From the NCBI RefSeq assembly GCF_009914755.1, contig NC_060926.1: a stretch of 64,000 nt of DNA. One strand, 5' to 3'. The translations under genes were made by a program, and so were the position numbers. Positions 1 to 13,811 of the stretch are shown in pieces (the stretch's first letter is position 1; each line of letters starts with the position of its first letter). The notes beneath the pieces are model-generated. The model was not told the origin of the DNA, made no database searches, and saw nothing but the letters and a program-made list of their open reading frames with translations. The DNA comes from the human T2T-CHM13v2.0 reference genome, Homo sapiens.

Positions 1-369
1 AAGGCCACTCAACCAAGAGGAACTATGCTTTCTTCAATGCAGTTGATGTATGGCAGAGGATAAAGTGTGACAGCACAGCCAGTGCAGTCAGCACATTCCA
101 CTGCATCACAGCACGCGGCGTGGCAATGCAACCAGGTCTTTTTCCAACTCCACAAAGATCCAAGGGTATTCAGAAGGACTTTGCTGAATTCACACATTTT
201 GCAGTGCAGTCATGCATGTTGGGAAGGTTCTATGTGTAATCCTATGAAGGTTACTTTTCTAAATTAAAAGGATAACACTGAGGGACATATTAGGATTCAA
301 TCATCATAAACATACTAGCAGATTGAGAGCTTCTCTCTGTCTCTCTAATCAAATTTAACACTATAGTGA

Positions 370-495
370 TCCTGTAAGTTTGAAGTGAATATTAACTCCA
401 TTTGAGAAACTGAAGTTAAGACAAGTAGCTTGTTTAATATTATACCACCAATAAGTGTTTGAAATGATATTTGAACCCATCATTGTCTGACTCCT
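370..495 (-). mobile_element. MIR fragment
   Basis: ccatttgagaaactgaag...atttgaaccc...gtctgactc resembles the reverse complement of the MIR core. Confidence 0.6.
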
Positions 496-844
496 CTATC
501 ATGTACAAACTTACGTAGTAAGATACAGCACCATGAGAAATATAGAGACTTGTACTTCTGGGTTAAAATAGTGTCTCCAATGCAATGCAATCATCCCCAA
601 ATAAACACTCTCCTGTCAATTAGAACAAGGGGAAAGGCAAAAAGTACTATCAAAAAATACTGCTAAAAATTAAGATATATACATAGAATAGCACTAGACT
701 CTAGGAGGATTTCCTTTCAATGTAAGATTATTTGGATTTTGATTTAGAAAGACTCATGAAATTGAATGTAAATCAACCGAAGTTCAACCAGGCCTTACTG
801 CCATAAGCCTCCTTTGAAGTCATAAAAATGCATCCCTATGTACC

Positions 845-1060
845 CCAAAGCTGTATTTCATTTTGAAAGATAATTAGATTGATAAGATATTTGTGTAAAC
901 ATAAAGCATTTGGATTTTAGCCAGACATTGGACAAGGCCTGTTATTTTAGACTTGTGGATAAGTTGAAGGAACATGAATGAGTAACTTTAAAGTATACAT
1001 AATTCAACCATACACTCAGTGGGAAATGCTTAATGGATTGATAGCCACTTGTACAACTAG
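845..1060 (+). mobile_element. CR1/L3 LINE reverse transcriptase fragment
   Basis: From 910 it translates LDFSQTLDKACYFRLVDKLKEH, versus the CR1 RT motif LDFSKAFDKVSHDILVDKLEK; weaker CR1-like sequence near 1435-1530. Confidence 0.65.
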
Positions 1061-2152
1061 TAGCTGCTTTGTATTAATATCCCAAAAGGGAAAATGTTTA
1101 CCAAATTATAAAATGGCAGCAAATGAGAAATAAGATCTCACTGGTTTGACTGCAGAATCAGCGCCTGCAAGTACTGAATAATATGAAATGTTAATAGGGA
1201 CAAATAAAACTCCTCTGGAAACCAAAAACTAAGTGCAACAGTATTGGAGTGAAAATTACTGACGGTCAATTATCCATATCAAGAGTTCACTTTAGAGAAC
1301 ACAGTGGAAAGGAAGGCAATAGGTCTCTGCAGACCGTGGCGTGGAGATATCAAAGTAGGCAATGACAAGTCAGTTACTGAAATAAAATCACAGTGCCTAT
1401 AACCTCGAAGCAAGATTCTCACTGTCACATGCAACAGTGTGCCCTGTTCAGTACTCCACCTCTAAAGACACCACTGGCGAATTAGAAGAGAACAGGTTGA
1501 TCAAGAGCTGAAAACCAAGTACATAATTAAAATGCCAAGAAATTCAAGTCAAAAGGCAAGATCTTTAAGTCTAAAATCACCAGAAGACTCTCTTGCTTCT
1601 TTTGATAGTAAATCTGTCGTTTCATTATGGGTAAATGGTGGTCTGGCAATGTTTGTGTGGTGGCAGCAATTGAGAGGACGTGGAGAGAATGCGTTGTAAT
1701 AATGAGTGAACACCTCTATAAAATCCCTGAAATTCCTCCTCTGAATGAGGCTTGGGACATCACATTGCTTGCTCTCATGAGGTTCACAGGCTCTGAGGGC
1801 TCAATAAAACCTTCTAAGTTGTACAAATATCTTTGCCTTTTTTATATTACCCTGAGCCCCTAAGGAATTGTGCAATAAGAGAAAACTCCTTATCTTGGTA
1901 ACAAAAGACATTCATAAACATTTGATGAATAAGTTAATAAAAGATAATTAATTCTGCGAGGGTAGAGAGGCAGAGCATTCTTACCAGACTACCCTAAAAT
2001 TAAATGGAGATGTTAAGATTCTAGCTGAATACTTGTTGAGTATTTTAAAAAGGAAATTAACGTTAATAGATTAAGTAGGGTAAGGTAACTATCTTGAGAT
2101 TCTTGATTATAAATACTTCTAATGACTTTGAAAGGAGTTCTGAGGAACAAAA

Positions 2153-2207
2153 TACACACACACACACTCTCTCTCTCTCATACACAAACAAATACACACA
2201 CACACAG
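2153..2207. repeat. Compound (CA)n/(CT)n microsatellite
   Basis: Seen directly. Confidence 0.9.
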
Positions 2208-3889
2208 TGTGAGCCAATTAGTATAACTAGAGGGAGTCCTCAGGACAGCCCAGTGCCAGCAGCATAGAACCTTCTCCCTAAACAAAATCTCATCCCAGGT
2301 CTCCAAACTTCCCCTCACGATTTCCTTGCTCTTTCCTTACTACCAAATTTGAACCTAGTTTTGTCCCATTTTAAGACATTAAATGGGTGCAAGACATTTC
2401 CCTTTGAAAATGTGTTAAAGGACTAGATGCTTTAGGGAACATCTTCCGTTTAAAGAGATACGTGTGAGGTCCACGCTGGAGCACTGAACTGGGGGAAGGC
2501 AGTGCACTCTTCCATAGCACTGCCCTACTTCCTTGCAGAGTTCTGCCATTCCTCCATTTAAAATATACCCTTCGGCAAGAAAATGCAATATGATTATGGA
2601 CAAATCACTTTGATTTGCAGTCTTTGACTTTTCCTCAGTCAAGTACACAAAAGCTAATGCCCTGCTTTCCTTGTGAAGAAAGAAAGGGGAGGGGAAATTT
2701 GCCTGTCAAAGCATTTCATACAGTAGCTGATTAGAGTAGTATGTGTTTTGTAAGGAAATGGGGTCCTTTTCTTCATCCTCTCAGCAAAGCTTTATGCCCA
2801 CACTACCTCTTGGAGCCTGGCTATGGATAATTTAGTAGCTTCAAATTGTATACTGCATCAAAAACTCCCATTAATCTTATATTCTTATGGCTACCACTAT
2901 TTTATTTTTCTTTGTGTCATAAATCTCTCAACTTATACTTGGCAGCAGAAAGGAAACCAAAACTGACATTTGTTACTGAACGCATTGGCTAAACCTTTCC
3001 CCAGGGTTACCAAATCAGAAGAAGGACTACACTCAAAAAAATTCAAAGCCACTTCCATATAAAATCTTCCCAACCTTAAGGTCTTTCTCTCAACCTGGTT
3101 CTAGAGGGATTTATGCTTGCAAGTTTTACCTCCCTGAGTAAAAATAACTGCAAAGCAAGCAGTATCTAAATAGCATATACAGAATTGAAAGAGAAACAAA
3201 CAGAAATTAGGAGAACTAAGAAATAAGACACTCGGGAAAAAAAGCTAATGCTCATATGTTATTCAAAGGGAAAACATAGTTGGTGTGCCTCGGAAAAACC
3301 TCTTTAGGAATATAAAAGAAATGCCGTGAACAGGATGCCACATCAACAGGAGATACATACTGTTAATAAACGTTCCTGATGGTTATTAAAGTAAATATCA
3401 TCTTTTGTTCAATTTTAAGAGGAAAATGTATTTCATTTTAAATAAGTTTTTTAAAATTCAATTTAGTGATACACAGAACTTACATTTAAATAATATAAAA
3501 TGCTGTTGTAATAGGATATTTGGCTTATTATCAATAATGTCCCAAACATCATTTATTACTTAAAGGTAGATTTACTAAGCAATTAGCCAAGACAGCATTC
3601 TAATTAAAAATTAAATCCATGTTCAAATAAGCATAATCAAATATTCACTATAATTCTCTAAAACACATTAATAGCTACAAGAGTATGTGGTTTTATCATA
3701 TATTTTTTTTAAAAAAAACTCATCATCTCTACAGCGAAACTACTCTGAAAATATACTCAGAAATCACCTTTCTTGGGAGGCTGAGTAATACTTTGAATCA
3801 ACGTGGTTGCATGGCGTGCCTTTAATTTCTTCTTAATGGAAGGTAGAAATTAAACAGCCATAAATAGGGGAGTACAAACCTGGAATGTG

Positions 3890-4466
3890 TAGAAGACTCT
3901 GGAGCCAGACTACCTGGTTCAAGACCTTATTCGCTGCCTGACCTTAGATAAGTTACTTACCATTTTCACAACTCAGTTTTCTTATGGGTAAAACGGGACT
4001 CATAACAGCAACACTTCACAAGGTTATTGTAAAACTTAAGCTAATATATGTGAAGCCCTTAAAAAGATACCTGGCACATCACATTCTTTGCAGCAATGTG
4101 GATGCAGCTGGAGGCCACTGTCCTAAGCTAATTAATGCAGAAACAGAAAACCAAACACCACATGTTCTCATTTATAAGAGGGAGCTAAACATTGAGTACA
4201 CATGGACATAAACATGGGAACAATAAACACTGGTGACTACTGGAAGGGGGAAAGAGGAAGGGAGGCAAGGATTGAAGAACCACCTATTGGGTACTATTCT
4301 CGCTACTTGGGCGATGGGACCATTTGTACAACAAACCTCAGCATCATGTAATATACCCACGTAACAAACCTGCACAAGTCCCCTTGAATCAAAAATAAAA
4401 GTTGAAATTATTTTTTAGAAAGATACCTGGCACATAGTCAGTGCTCAACAGATCTAAGCTGTTATT
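3890..4466 (+). mobile_element. MIR split by an L1 insertion
   Basis: ctctggagccagac...gaccttagataagttactta...cctggcacat [L1] agtcagtgctcaa. Confidence 0.85.
4080..4418 (+). mobile_element. 5'-truncated L1 3' end (L1PB/old L1PA-like)
   Basis: L1 3'UTR (aaaccaaacaccacatgttctca...aacaaacctgcac...aataaaagttgaa); 17-bp TSD aaagatacctggcacat at 4063-4079 and 4419-4435. Confidence 0.92.
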
Positions 4467-4499
4467 GAGATAGGAAGATGGCCTACAGCAGAAAACTGA

Positions 4500-4655
4500 G
4501 TAGGGTTAGCATGAAGCTCCTGAGAATGCGGTTTAATCCTGTGTTACTAGCCATGCTTATTTAACCTCTCTGGGCCCCCACCTTCTCATCTTCAAATAAA
4601 GGTAACTCCAGTTTATACCCCACAGATTGTTAAGAGGATTGAATGGAGGTAATGG
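4500..4655 (+). mobile_element. MIR
   Basis: ttatttaacctctctgggcc...ctcatc...gaggattgaatggag. Confidence 0.7.
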
Positions 4656-5820
4656 GGCTGAGTTCATTGTTAGGATTCAGCTGGGGAAGCTCACACTAAA
4701 CAACGTGACATACTTCAAATGCAGAGGGACAGACACACTTCAGATGTGGCACAGGGCCTTGGTACTATCTGCTCTACATGTGAGAAAGACTTTTTGCCCC
4801 TATGCTTATTGGAGATATTCAAGGCAATTTTATTCATCTTTATTTTTTCTTTTACATGAAGTTAAAAGCAAAAGATAGTGCTCCCAAAGACCTGCCAGTA
4901 ATATCAGCTGTTTTGTCTAATACTGCAGCTTTCAGCAAATCATGCTCAGACACCAAAGTAAAGGGGGCATGGTCTGTTCATCTCATTTTCTTAGCTGGAT
5001 GAATTTAGAGCTATTAGAATATAGTCAAATGTAAATGAATTACCTGTGCTTCATGGAAAAGAAGTGGAAGAGGTTTTGCATCTCTGCTTACTTATCCCTT
5101 CACAACGCACTCACTAAAATGGTGACACCACTTGGAACTGCAATCACCTTCTACCAACTATCAAAGATGGCAATGAGTGAAACGGCATTTTATTCAAGTT
5201 CTAAAGGCCAGTGTGTCTCAATCCAGGCTGACCCAGAAAAATGCTAGGAGAAGGAGTTCCGACGTGGGCACACCGTGAGGCTTTGGTTTCTCTGATCTGA
5301 CTGCTAATGTACATGATTTTGAGTCATCTCTGTTACTTGGGCACTTTCTCTGCAGAGGAAACACAGCAAAGCCTTTCCTCACAGACTTAAATATCAGTCA
5401 GAAAAACGGTTTCAACGGGTACCAACTTGGACAAGATTCCAAACAGAGGTGATGCGGTCTGATGGTGGGATTGGGTGGAGACCCTCAATTTCTGCAACCT
5501 TCTTCAGGGCTTCCTGGACTTTGTCTCCCTTTGATTTTAGGTGGATAACACAGGTGAAGAAAATGGGATCATTTTGTCTAGAAGATTTAGGTATCAGCTA
5601 GTCATGGCAGAGAACAAGGTGGCATGGATATGAATGAAGAGTCAGAGATTTGGCAAATTCTACCACTCTCATTTGCAAATGTAAAGGCAGTGCCTCACTC
5701 TGCTGTTTAGGCCTGAATCAGTGACCTTTCTCTTTGCTAAAGATTATCATTCTTTAAGGAGGCTGTTCCTACTCATGCCTGCACTCCGATCTAAGTTAGA
5801 TATCCTATTTATATACTCCC

Positions 5821-6415
5821 TGTGGTAGGCAGAATTACATAACGGCTCCCAAATTTCCCCCTTAAGTACATGCTGTGTATAATCCCTGGGACCTTTGAAT
5901 ATGATAAGGTAGTCTGTTCTGTGATGGGGTTATATGACACAATCCACTTTAAGAAAAGCAGATTATCTTGAGTAAACCTGAGGTACTCACATGAGCCCTT
6001 AACAAGGACTAGACTCTTCCTGAAGAAAGAGATTTGAAGGATGTGGGGCATTTAAAATGAGAGATCATCCACTGCTGGCTTTGGAGGTGGAGAGGCCCCA
6101 TATGGCATGGAATATGGGCTGAGAGCCACCCCGTCATTGACAGCCAGCAAAGAAATGAGGACCTTATTCCTCCAGCTGCAAGACACTGGGTGCTGCTATA
6201 ACCAACCACATGAGCTTGGAAAAGTACCCCAAACTCCAGATGAGAATGCAGCTTCGCAATGACTTGATTTAGCCATGTTATGAGACCCTGAGCAAAGAAC
6301 CTAGTCATGCCACACCCGGATTTGTGACCTACAAAACTGTGAGCTATTAAGTGGATGTTGCTCTAAGCTGATGCATTTGTGGTAACTAGTTATACAGCAA
6401 TACAAAATTAATACA
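5821..6415 (+). mobile_element. MaLR solo LTR, MLT1E-like
   Basis: Starts tgtggtaggcagaat, ends ttgtggtaactagttatacagcaatacaaaattaataca (TG..CA). Confidence 0.88.
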
Positions 6416-6437
6416 TGTCCATAGGACCTTGTACTTA

Positions 6438-6910
<473 letters not shown>

Positions 6911-7051
6911 GCATATATTAATGAATCCTTTTAAATCACATTATTTTTCATTAGATAAATCGATGTATTTCTATCATGAAGTCAGAGTGATACAGTTTTC
7001 ATTTACATTAAATTGTATTGCTTTCATTTACATCCTAGTTTCTTGATCTAA

Positions 7052-7369
<318 letters not shown>

Positions 7370-8524
7370 TAATATTAAATAGACTGAGGCTGCTCAGAGT
7401 CAGAAGGCATACCCATCATCTATGGGACATGCTCTATGGGGTACATTCTGCCCACTCTTTGTTTTCTCTCCAGGCCCAAGCCCTACACTCAAGTTGTGAG
7501 CAGCATACTGAGTGTCAGAGTGCAAAATAAGTGTACACAGGCGGTCCAGGCCATTTGAATCAAAATGATGTATGATACTTTTCTTGGAGAAGGCTTCTTT
7601 TTTCATTACCTCCTACGTCTCGCTCTTTTCTCCTAATGTTTCTTTCTCATCTGCCCTGTAATTGTCAACTCACCCTGCCAAGTTATATCTTGCTGAATAC
7701 CTTAACTTCTGCCATTACCCAAGCCTGTCCCATACTATCTTTACATTTAGGATTCTCATCTGTCTATAGTGACTTTTGACATCTTCACTGCATAAAAATG
7801 TCATCTTATTTACCAAGACCTATATTAAATGCCAACTATACTTTAAAACTCTCCTTGGTCTTCCTTCTCCATTCTTTCCTATGTAGTACCCTAATTTCTG
7901 TGATGCCCATTCTATGAGAGGACTGCTCCCACACATATGAAGTCCTGTCTGAAACATGAGCCTTCAGGTTCAGGAATACGCCTAGAGTGCCAGTACCATT
8001 TAAGTGTTGATATACTCACCTACCGTTATACCTTTGTTTAAAGTTGAAAACAATTTACGGCAAGGCCATGAAAGAGTATGTGAAGAGTTAAATAAGAAAC
8101 CTTGAAAGCAACAAGCCCTATTCTCTGGTTTAAGGGGGAATTTGTGGTTGGTGACACTGAAACTTCCATTAACCCACTTTCAATGGAGGCAAATGAATGG
8201 ACATCAGAGTCTTGTCTGGTTTCATTCATGACACTTGAGCTGCTCCTCAGAACTTTCAAAAAAAGTTTATCAGCCCAGAAATACATTTTTAAAAGTAAAA
8301 GCAAAAACATGTGAAAAATTCCTCTCATAACAGTAAAACAACATTGTGATATTTCTTTGTTATATACCTGGTGGGGATGAGGCAGTGAAATACAGAGATC
8401 AGAGAGAAAATGACCTGATATGAACTGACATTAATATATTTGGGGATACAGTGTCAAACCAATGTTTAATTTTGTTTTCCTAAATAGGCCAAAGCAAGTT
8501 TACTAAATAACCAAAAATATCTAA

Positions 8525-8730
8525 ATTTTACTAAGCACTTGCTATGTGTCAAATGCTCTGAAGGCTGTATTTAATTTAATCTCTTTATGGCACTTCTGAG
8601 GTAGGCAAACATTGTCATTCCCATTTTACAGTTGAGTTCAGTACTAGTCCAATGCCACATGGCTAGTCAATGTCAGAGCTGGCACGCAAATCCAAGTTTG
8701 ATCCCAAAGGCTGTTATCTTACCCACTATG
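8525..8730 (-). mobile_element. MIR
   Basis: tactaagcacttgctatgtgtc...cccattttacagttgag. Confidence 0.8.
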
Positions 8731-9002
8731 TTACAGGGTCATGAGAAGCGGAAAAGGCATGATTCCAAACTGATACAATGGGGCTTCCACACTGATCCCA
8801 CATTGATACAATGGGGCTGCTCTGGGTGTCCACAACACCCACTAAAAGATAAAAGGCTTCAGAACTGGGCTGCAGCACCATGTTATGGAGTCATATGCTT
8901 GCTAATGTATGTTCTTTACCCACAAAAGAGAACTGGGCTAGACTCTCTGTGCTAAAAGTTATCAGAAAATAAATACTCTACCTTCCTTCCTTTGCCCTAA
9001 TA

Positions 9003-9225
9003 CACGGTTTCTCATCTTTGGCCTTATTTGCATTTTATTGTGGAAAACTGTCCTGTCCTATACACTGTACATTGTTTAGCAGCATCTGTTGGCTCCACCC
9101 ACTAAATGACAGTAGCACCTTCCAACCAGTTGTGACCACCAAAATGTCTCCTAGAAGGCCAAACATTTCTAGTGGAATGAGAGGGAATAGCAGGGGGAAA
9201 AACACCCTCAGTTTAGAACCATTGT
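9003..9225 (-). mobile_element. MER20 (hAT-Charlie MITE)
   Basis: tgtttagcagcatc...cccactaaatgacagtagcacc...cagttgtgaccaccaaaatgtctcc...agaaccattg. Confidence 0.85.
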
Positions 9226-9239
9226 CCTAGTAGGATAAG

Positions 9240-9570
9240 TACTGAAATAGAAATTTTAAAACTCTGTGCTCAAGTCCTGCTGCAAGTCATAATTTTTCCT
9301 TGGTCTCCTTATCTGAAGAATACTGGTATATGTATTATCTAGAGCCTAGGGCTGTGGTAAGAGAAAAAAAATACAAAAATTAAGATGAGATAATGCCTAT
9401 TAAAGTGGCAGCAGCAGCAGTAGGAATAGTAATATTTTAGCTCCCTTTATGAGTGATACAGACTTCAGAAAGAGTTGTAAAATGGAAAAAGCACTGAACT
9501 GGATATTGAAAAAGCTGGGTCCTATTCCTGGTTTTGACTCCAGCTACCTGTGTTTCCTGGGGAAAACACA
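9240..9570 (+). mobile_element. Two degraded MIR fragments
   Basis: agggctgtggtaag...aagatgagataatg; aaagcactgaactgg...ctgggtcctattcctgg. Confidence 0.5.
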
Positions 9571-9572
9571 GT

Positions 9573-9586
9573 ATTATTATTACCAC

Positions 9587-9615
<29 letters not shown>
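9573..9615. repeat. (ATT)n microsatellite
   Basis: Seen directly. Confidence 0.95.
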
Positions 9616-9617
<2 letters not shown>

Positions 9618-9639
9618 TTACCTTACAACTTTCATTCCT

Positions 9640-9975
9640 CACATAGTAGTGCCCTATTTGTTTTGGAGAATTCTCTCTCCCTCACTGGCTGTAGTCACAG
9701 TGGGAAGGTAAACCCAGGTGCCTAGAAGCCCAACGGGCATGTTCCTCCTCTCACCACCTCTGCACAACCATGAGGACAGCATGTGATCCACGCTCAGCCT
9801 ACTTGCTCTTGCCCAGAGCTTTGACTCCTGATCAGGGGGACATGGATAAAAGTATCAGATGAATCCCATTGCATTCTCCCTAAAGACCATTCTTATGATT
9901 TTACCTCCTAGCCTTCCAAAATTGCCTTTTTCCATGCCTGGTTCTCTTCTCAGTTCTGTGAACTTCTAATATTCT
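9640..9975 (+). mobile_element. ERVL LTR, LTR33-like
   Basis: gcatgtgatccacgctcagcc...cccagagctttgactc...cagttctgtgaacttctaatattc. Confidence 0.5.
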
Positions 9976-10049
9976 TCTGTCTCTGTGTGTACCAATTGTC
10001 CCCAGTTATTATTTGTTCTCTTCTTCTGAAGTAATAGGGCCCCAATTTT

Positions 10050-10460
10050 AGTTTGCCTTGTTGCCAAGCAGAATAAAATCTGTATTTCTCATATATATTT
10101 AGGCATCTAGGTTGGGCTGTGCAATTAAGTTTGAGTCGTTTGGATGTAAGCACAAGTGATATGCATAAATTCTAAAACGTGTCCTCACGACGAAGGCATG
10201 CCTTCTTTTTTCCTCTCTTTTCCTATTTCTTGGAAGGTAGACATAATGGCTGGAGCTCCAACAAGCATCTTGGACCATGAGGTAATCTTGGGAATGGAAA
10301 TTTTGCATGACAGAGCAAAAGATAGAGGATCTTGGTTCCCCGAGAGCATTATGCCAGACCTGGATTGATTATTTCTAAAATTCTTGAGTTTGATAGGAAA
10401 AATAACTTTCTGTCTTGATTATTATGACAGCTATTTCTGTCTCTTGCACTGAACATAAGG
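10050..10460 (+). mobile_element. MaLR LTR, MLT1J-like
   Basis: ggatgtaagcacaagtgat...atggctggagctccaacaagcatcttggaccatgagg. Confidence 0.75.
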
Positions 10461-10504
10461 AATTCACCCTTTGCTTCAGTTATCTCTGGTTACTGTCTAT
10501 TGCT

Positions 10505-11100
10505 TGCGCCTCTTTCAGGTGAAGGTGATAGAAAATCCAATTCAAACTGGCTTAAACAATAAGAAAAAATTACTGGCTTACAGAACTGCGAAGTCCTCAG
10601 GTAACCCAGGCTTCAGGCAAAATTCAATCAACATTTCAAACAATGTCACTAGAGATCAAGTTTCTTTTCCATCCTGCCTTCCATAATTTCAACTTCACTT
10701 TCAATTTTCATATGTTGATTTCCCAGCAGCTCCAGCAACTTTTTCTGAGCTGATTAGAATGGTTGACACAGTTCAAAAACTCACATTTCTTTTTCACACG
10801 TCTTCACAGGAAGAGAAGAGTCTCCTGCAGTCGTCCCTAAACAAAAAAAGAATCTCTCTCTCTCAAAACCAAAACCCAAACAAAACAGTCCTCAGGAAAT
10901 ATACCTTTACATTTTATTGGCAATATCTAGCTTATCATCGTCTTGTCCGTGAGCCAATCACTGATGCTGATTGGCTTCTATCAATTAGGCCCCACTCCAG
11001 AGACTGAAAAGTGGGTCATTTCTATACAAGCCACATAGCTTAAAATAGTTAAAATGGTTCCCCAAAGCAAAAGGTAGAGGTACTGGTCCGTCAAACAGAA
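10505..11100 (-). mobile_element. Old MaLR LTR (MLT1K/N-like)
   Basis: gatagaaaatccaattcaaactggcttaaac...ggcttcaggc...caaacaatgtcac...gagccaatcactg. Confidence 0.65.
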
Positions 11101-11569
11101 ATAGAAATATTTATTCAGCCCACGTGTAAAAGTTATGATAATTATGTCCAATAATTGTGGTGAAGAGGTTTTGAAAATCTTTAATTGCTACGTAAATATG
11201 GAATACTATTAGTAATATTATAATGCATTGTTTCTCTCTTTTGTTCTTTTCCAACTGAACTTTCTTGGAGTTTGTGGCACTACATTAAGAGTAATAGGAG
11301 CCTATAATTTTATAGACTGCCTCAGTTTTTCAAAGCTAACATTTATGATATTATAATTTATTCTTTCAGCTACAACTGAAAATATTCTCCCCATTTCCTC
11401 TGATTGTAGTTTCATAGCTACAGCCACAGTATGATCTTTACCTCCCTCTAATGTCTTGGAGGTAGCTCACTAAGCCAAAGATTTTGAAATAAAAATATTA
11501 CCAGAGAATAGGAGTGAAAAGTCATAAGAGTCTCTAATATTTTCTCCCTTTGTAGTCAAGGCTATCCTT

Positions 11570-12301
11570 TCAAGATGCACTTCTAACCACATCACATATG
11601 GAATTAAAATCCTTCAGTGGCTGCCTTACACTTGAGGGTTAACCGCTAGCAATGGTTAACCCCATGTAACTCCTAGCATGGCTTATACGGCCCAGCATAA
11701 GGCGGCCCTGGCTATGCCTCCACATCAGTCTCCCACCTCTGTCCCTTGTAGGCTTCTCTGAGGTCACATTGTACTACTCTAGGCTCCTGTGCCACAGTCT
11801 CTCTGTGGGCCAAAGTTATGGCTTGCTGCTCCCTTTGCCTGTAACATCCTTGCCAATCCTAGAGGCCCTGCCAGCACCACCAAGTGTCCCATCTAATGCA
11901 TTATTTCTCATTCTTCCAGACTCAGCTTAGATGTCATTTTCTTTTTTTATTTTATTTTAATTATTATTATACTTTAAGTTTTAGGGTACATGTGCACAAT
12001 GTGCTGGTTAGTTACATATGTATACATGTGCCATGCTGGCGTGCTGCACTTAAGGCAGCTTTCTTTCTGGAGCAGTGAGGCCTAATCTCATCTCCCATTA
12101 TCTGGCTCACTAGTACAGTAGGCATCTATTTTCATAATCCTGACACTCACTCATTTAATGACTCTGTTTCCTAATATTTCCCCAAAAGTCTCAGGTCTGG
12201 GAGAATGTCTTTTTCTCAGCACTGTATCTTCAAAGCTTAGTACAGTGTCTAAAATATAATAGTACTAAATTAATATGTATTGAATCAATTAATTAATGAA
12301 T
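11570..12301 (+). mobile_element. L2 3' region
   Basis: aaaatccttcagtggct...ctcctagcatggct...tacagtgtct...tattgaatcaattaattaatgaat tail. Confidence 0.75.
11937..12049 (-). mobile_element. Very short 3' end of a young L1PA (PA2-4-like)
   Basis: tatactttaagttttagggtacatgtgcacaatgtgc...gttagttacatatgtatacatgtgccatgctgg. Confidence 0.92.
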
Positions 12302-13811
12302 CACCGAAGGCCCAGAGCATTTTTTCATTTCTATAATTGAAAAATTTATAGAGTTCTACGTAAGAAATTATATCTCAAATGGCCACCTACTAATGGTTAG
12401 AAAAATGAATAGCCATTTGGATAAAGGTTTCAGAGTAGAGAGGACTTTTTGAGTTTTAAGTTATATTTGTGACATCTTCAGTTTGATGTGCCGTGTTTAC
12501 ATCTGTGATTCCCCTCACTTTTTAGAATTTGAAAATATACTATTTTCTTTGATCTCATATTTAAAATGATTTTTCTAATACAAAGGATTTAGGATTTATT
12601 CTTCTTTTGATAACATTTATCAGCATTTTCTGAGATAACTGATAACTCCCTGGGCTCAAAAGCTTAGAGCTGAGATTCACTCAGTGAAATTTTAAGATTA
12701 TCTATAATCCACCAAACCAAACCCAGCCCTAGGAGGTATGGATTGATGCCTTGGCTGTTCTGTCGCAAACCTCTCTGGCAAAGCACAGCAAGGAGACAAG
12801 TGTGGGAGGGCAGGAACAAGCAGCTCAGGACAGATCATAAACGACATCTAGGGTGGGAATAGGTCTTGAAGTTGTCATTAATTCCAGTTCAAAATAAGAC
12901 ACTTTTTCTTTGTCAACATTTTGCCTCTAAAATTGGGCATAAGAGGTTTCTAACCCTAGGACAAGGAATTCAACCATGATGGATAGGTGTTCCTGAAAAG
13001 CCATAAAGGGACAATTTGAGTCGTAAGGTTGACTCTGAGGCTGAACATTCAGGAGTCTCTTGTGACCCTTTAAATCTACTTTATAAGAGGAACATTTTAA
13101 GTTGATTTAGTGAGATGGTTAAAACTTAATTAGTTATCAAATAATTACCTAATGGACCTTTTTTGAGATATAAGGTTGAGCCACAGCTCTAGCTGCAATG
13201 CAATTAATTTTAAATTTTATAAGCCATAAAAGGTAATCACAGCCCTACAAATCAGCTAAGGTGCGAAGATAATATTTAGATGCTGCACTGACACCAAGAC
13301 ACCTAAAGCAGGTTAATTGGGTGGCAATTAGTAAGAAGAGTGTTAATTGCCATACTAGTCTTATATTATGCAAATGAAATTACATTTCAATTAACAGTCA
13401 AGAAACCAAACAACTCAAAATGTATGGGCAATAATAGCAATCAGCATGTTTCACAGAAGCCAAAGAAATACTCTCCTTAATGGGAAATTTTGATCTTGCC
13501 CTCAATTCAATAAGTTGTGATCACTTTCTCATTTCTGTGCATAAATTTAGTAGGGCAATCTGATAGTTTAGAGTTGGTGTCTGACATATGAAAGGTAATT
13601 TATAATAGTATATGCTGGGATTACATATGAAAGAAGAAATTCGTGGTTCATTTAGTTCAGTTTTCTCTGAATGTTAGGCCTGAAAAAGCATAAAGGAATT
13701 GGCTAAATTCAAGCAGGAAATTAGACACAAATCTGGATCAGGATCCTGATATAAGAGGACACTTTCTACTATATGAATGTCAATAGTAAAATATTACCTG
13801 CCTTCAATAGA

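Noticed and set aside
11636-11662. 9-bp stem gggttaacc/ggttaaccc in L2
   Set aside because: Short, self-palindromic core inside a decayed repeat; no functional evidence
13737-13750. 14-bp palindrome atcaggatcctgat
   Set aside because: Several are expected by chance in 64 kb
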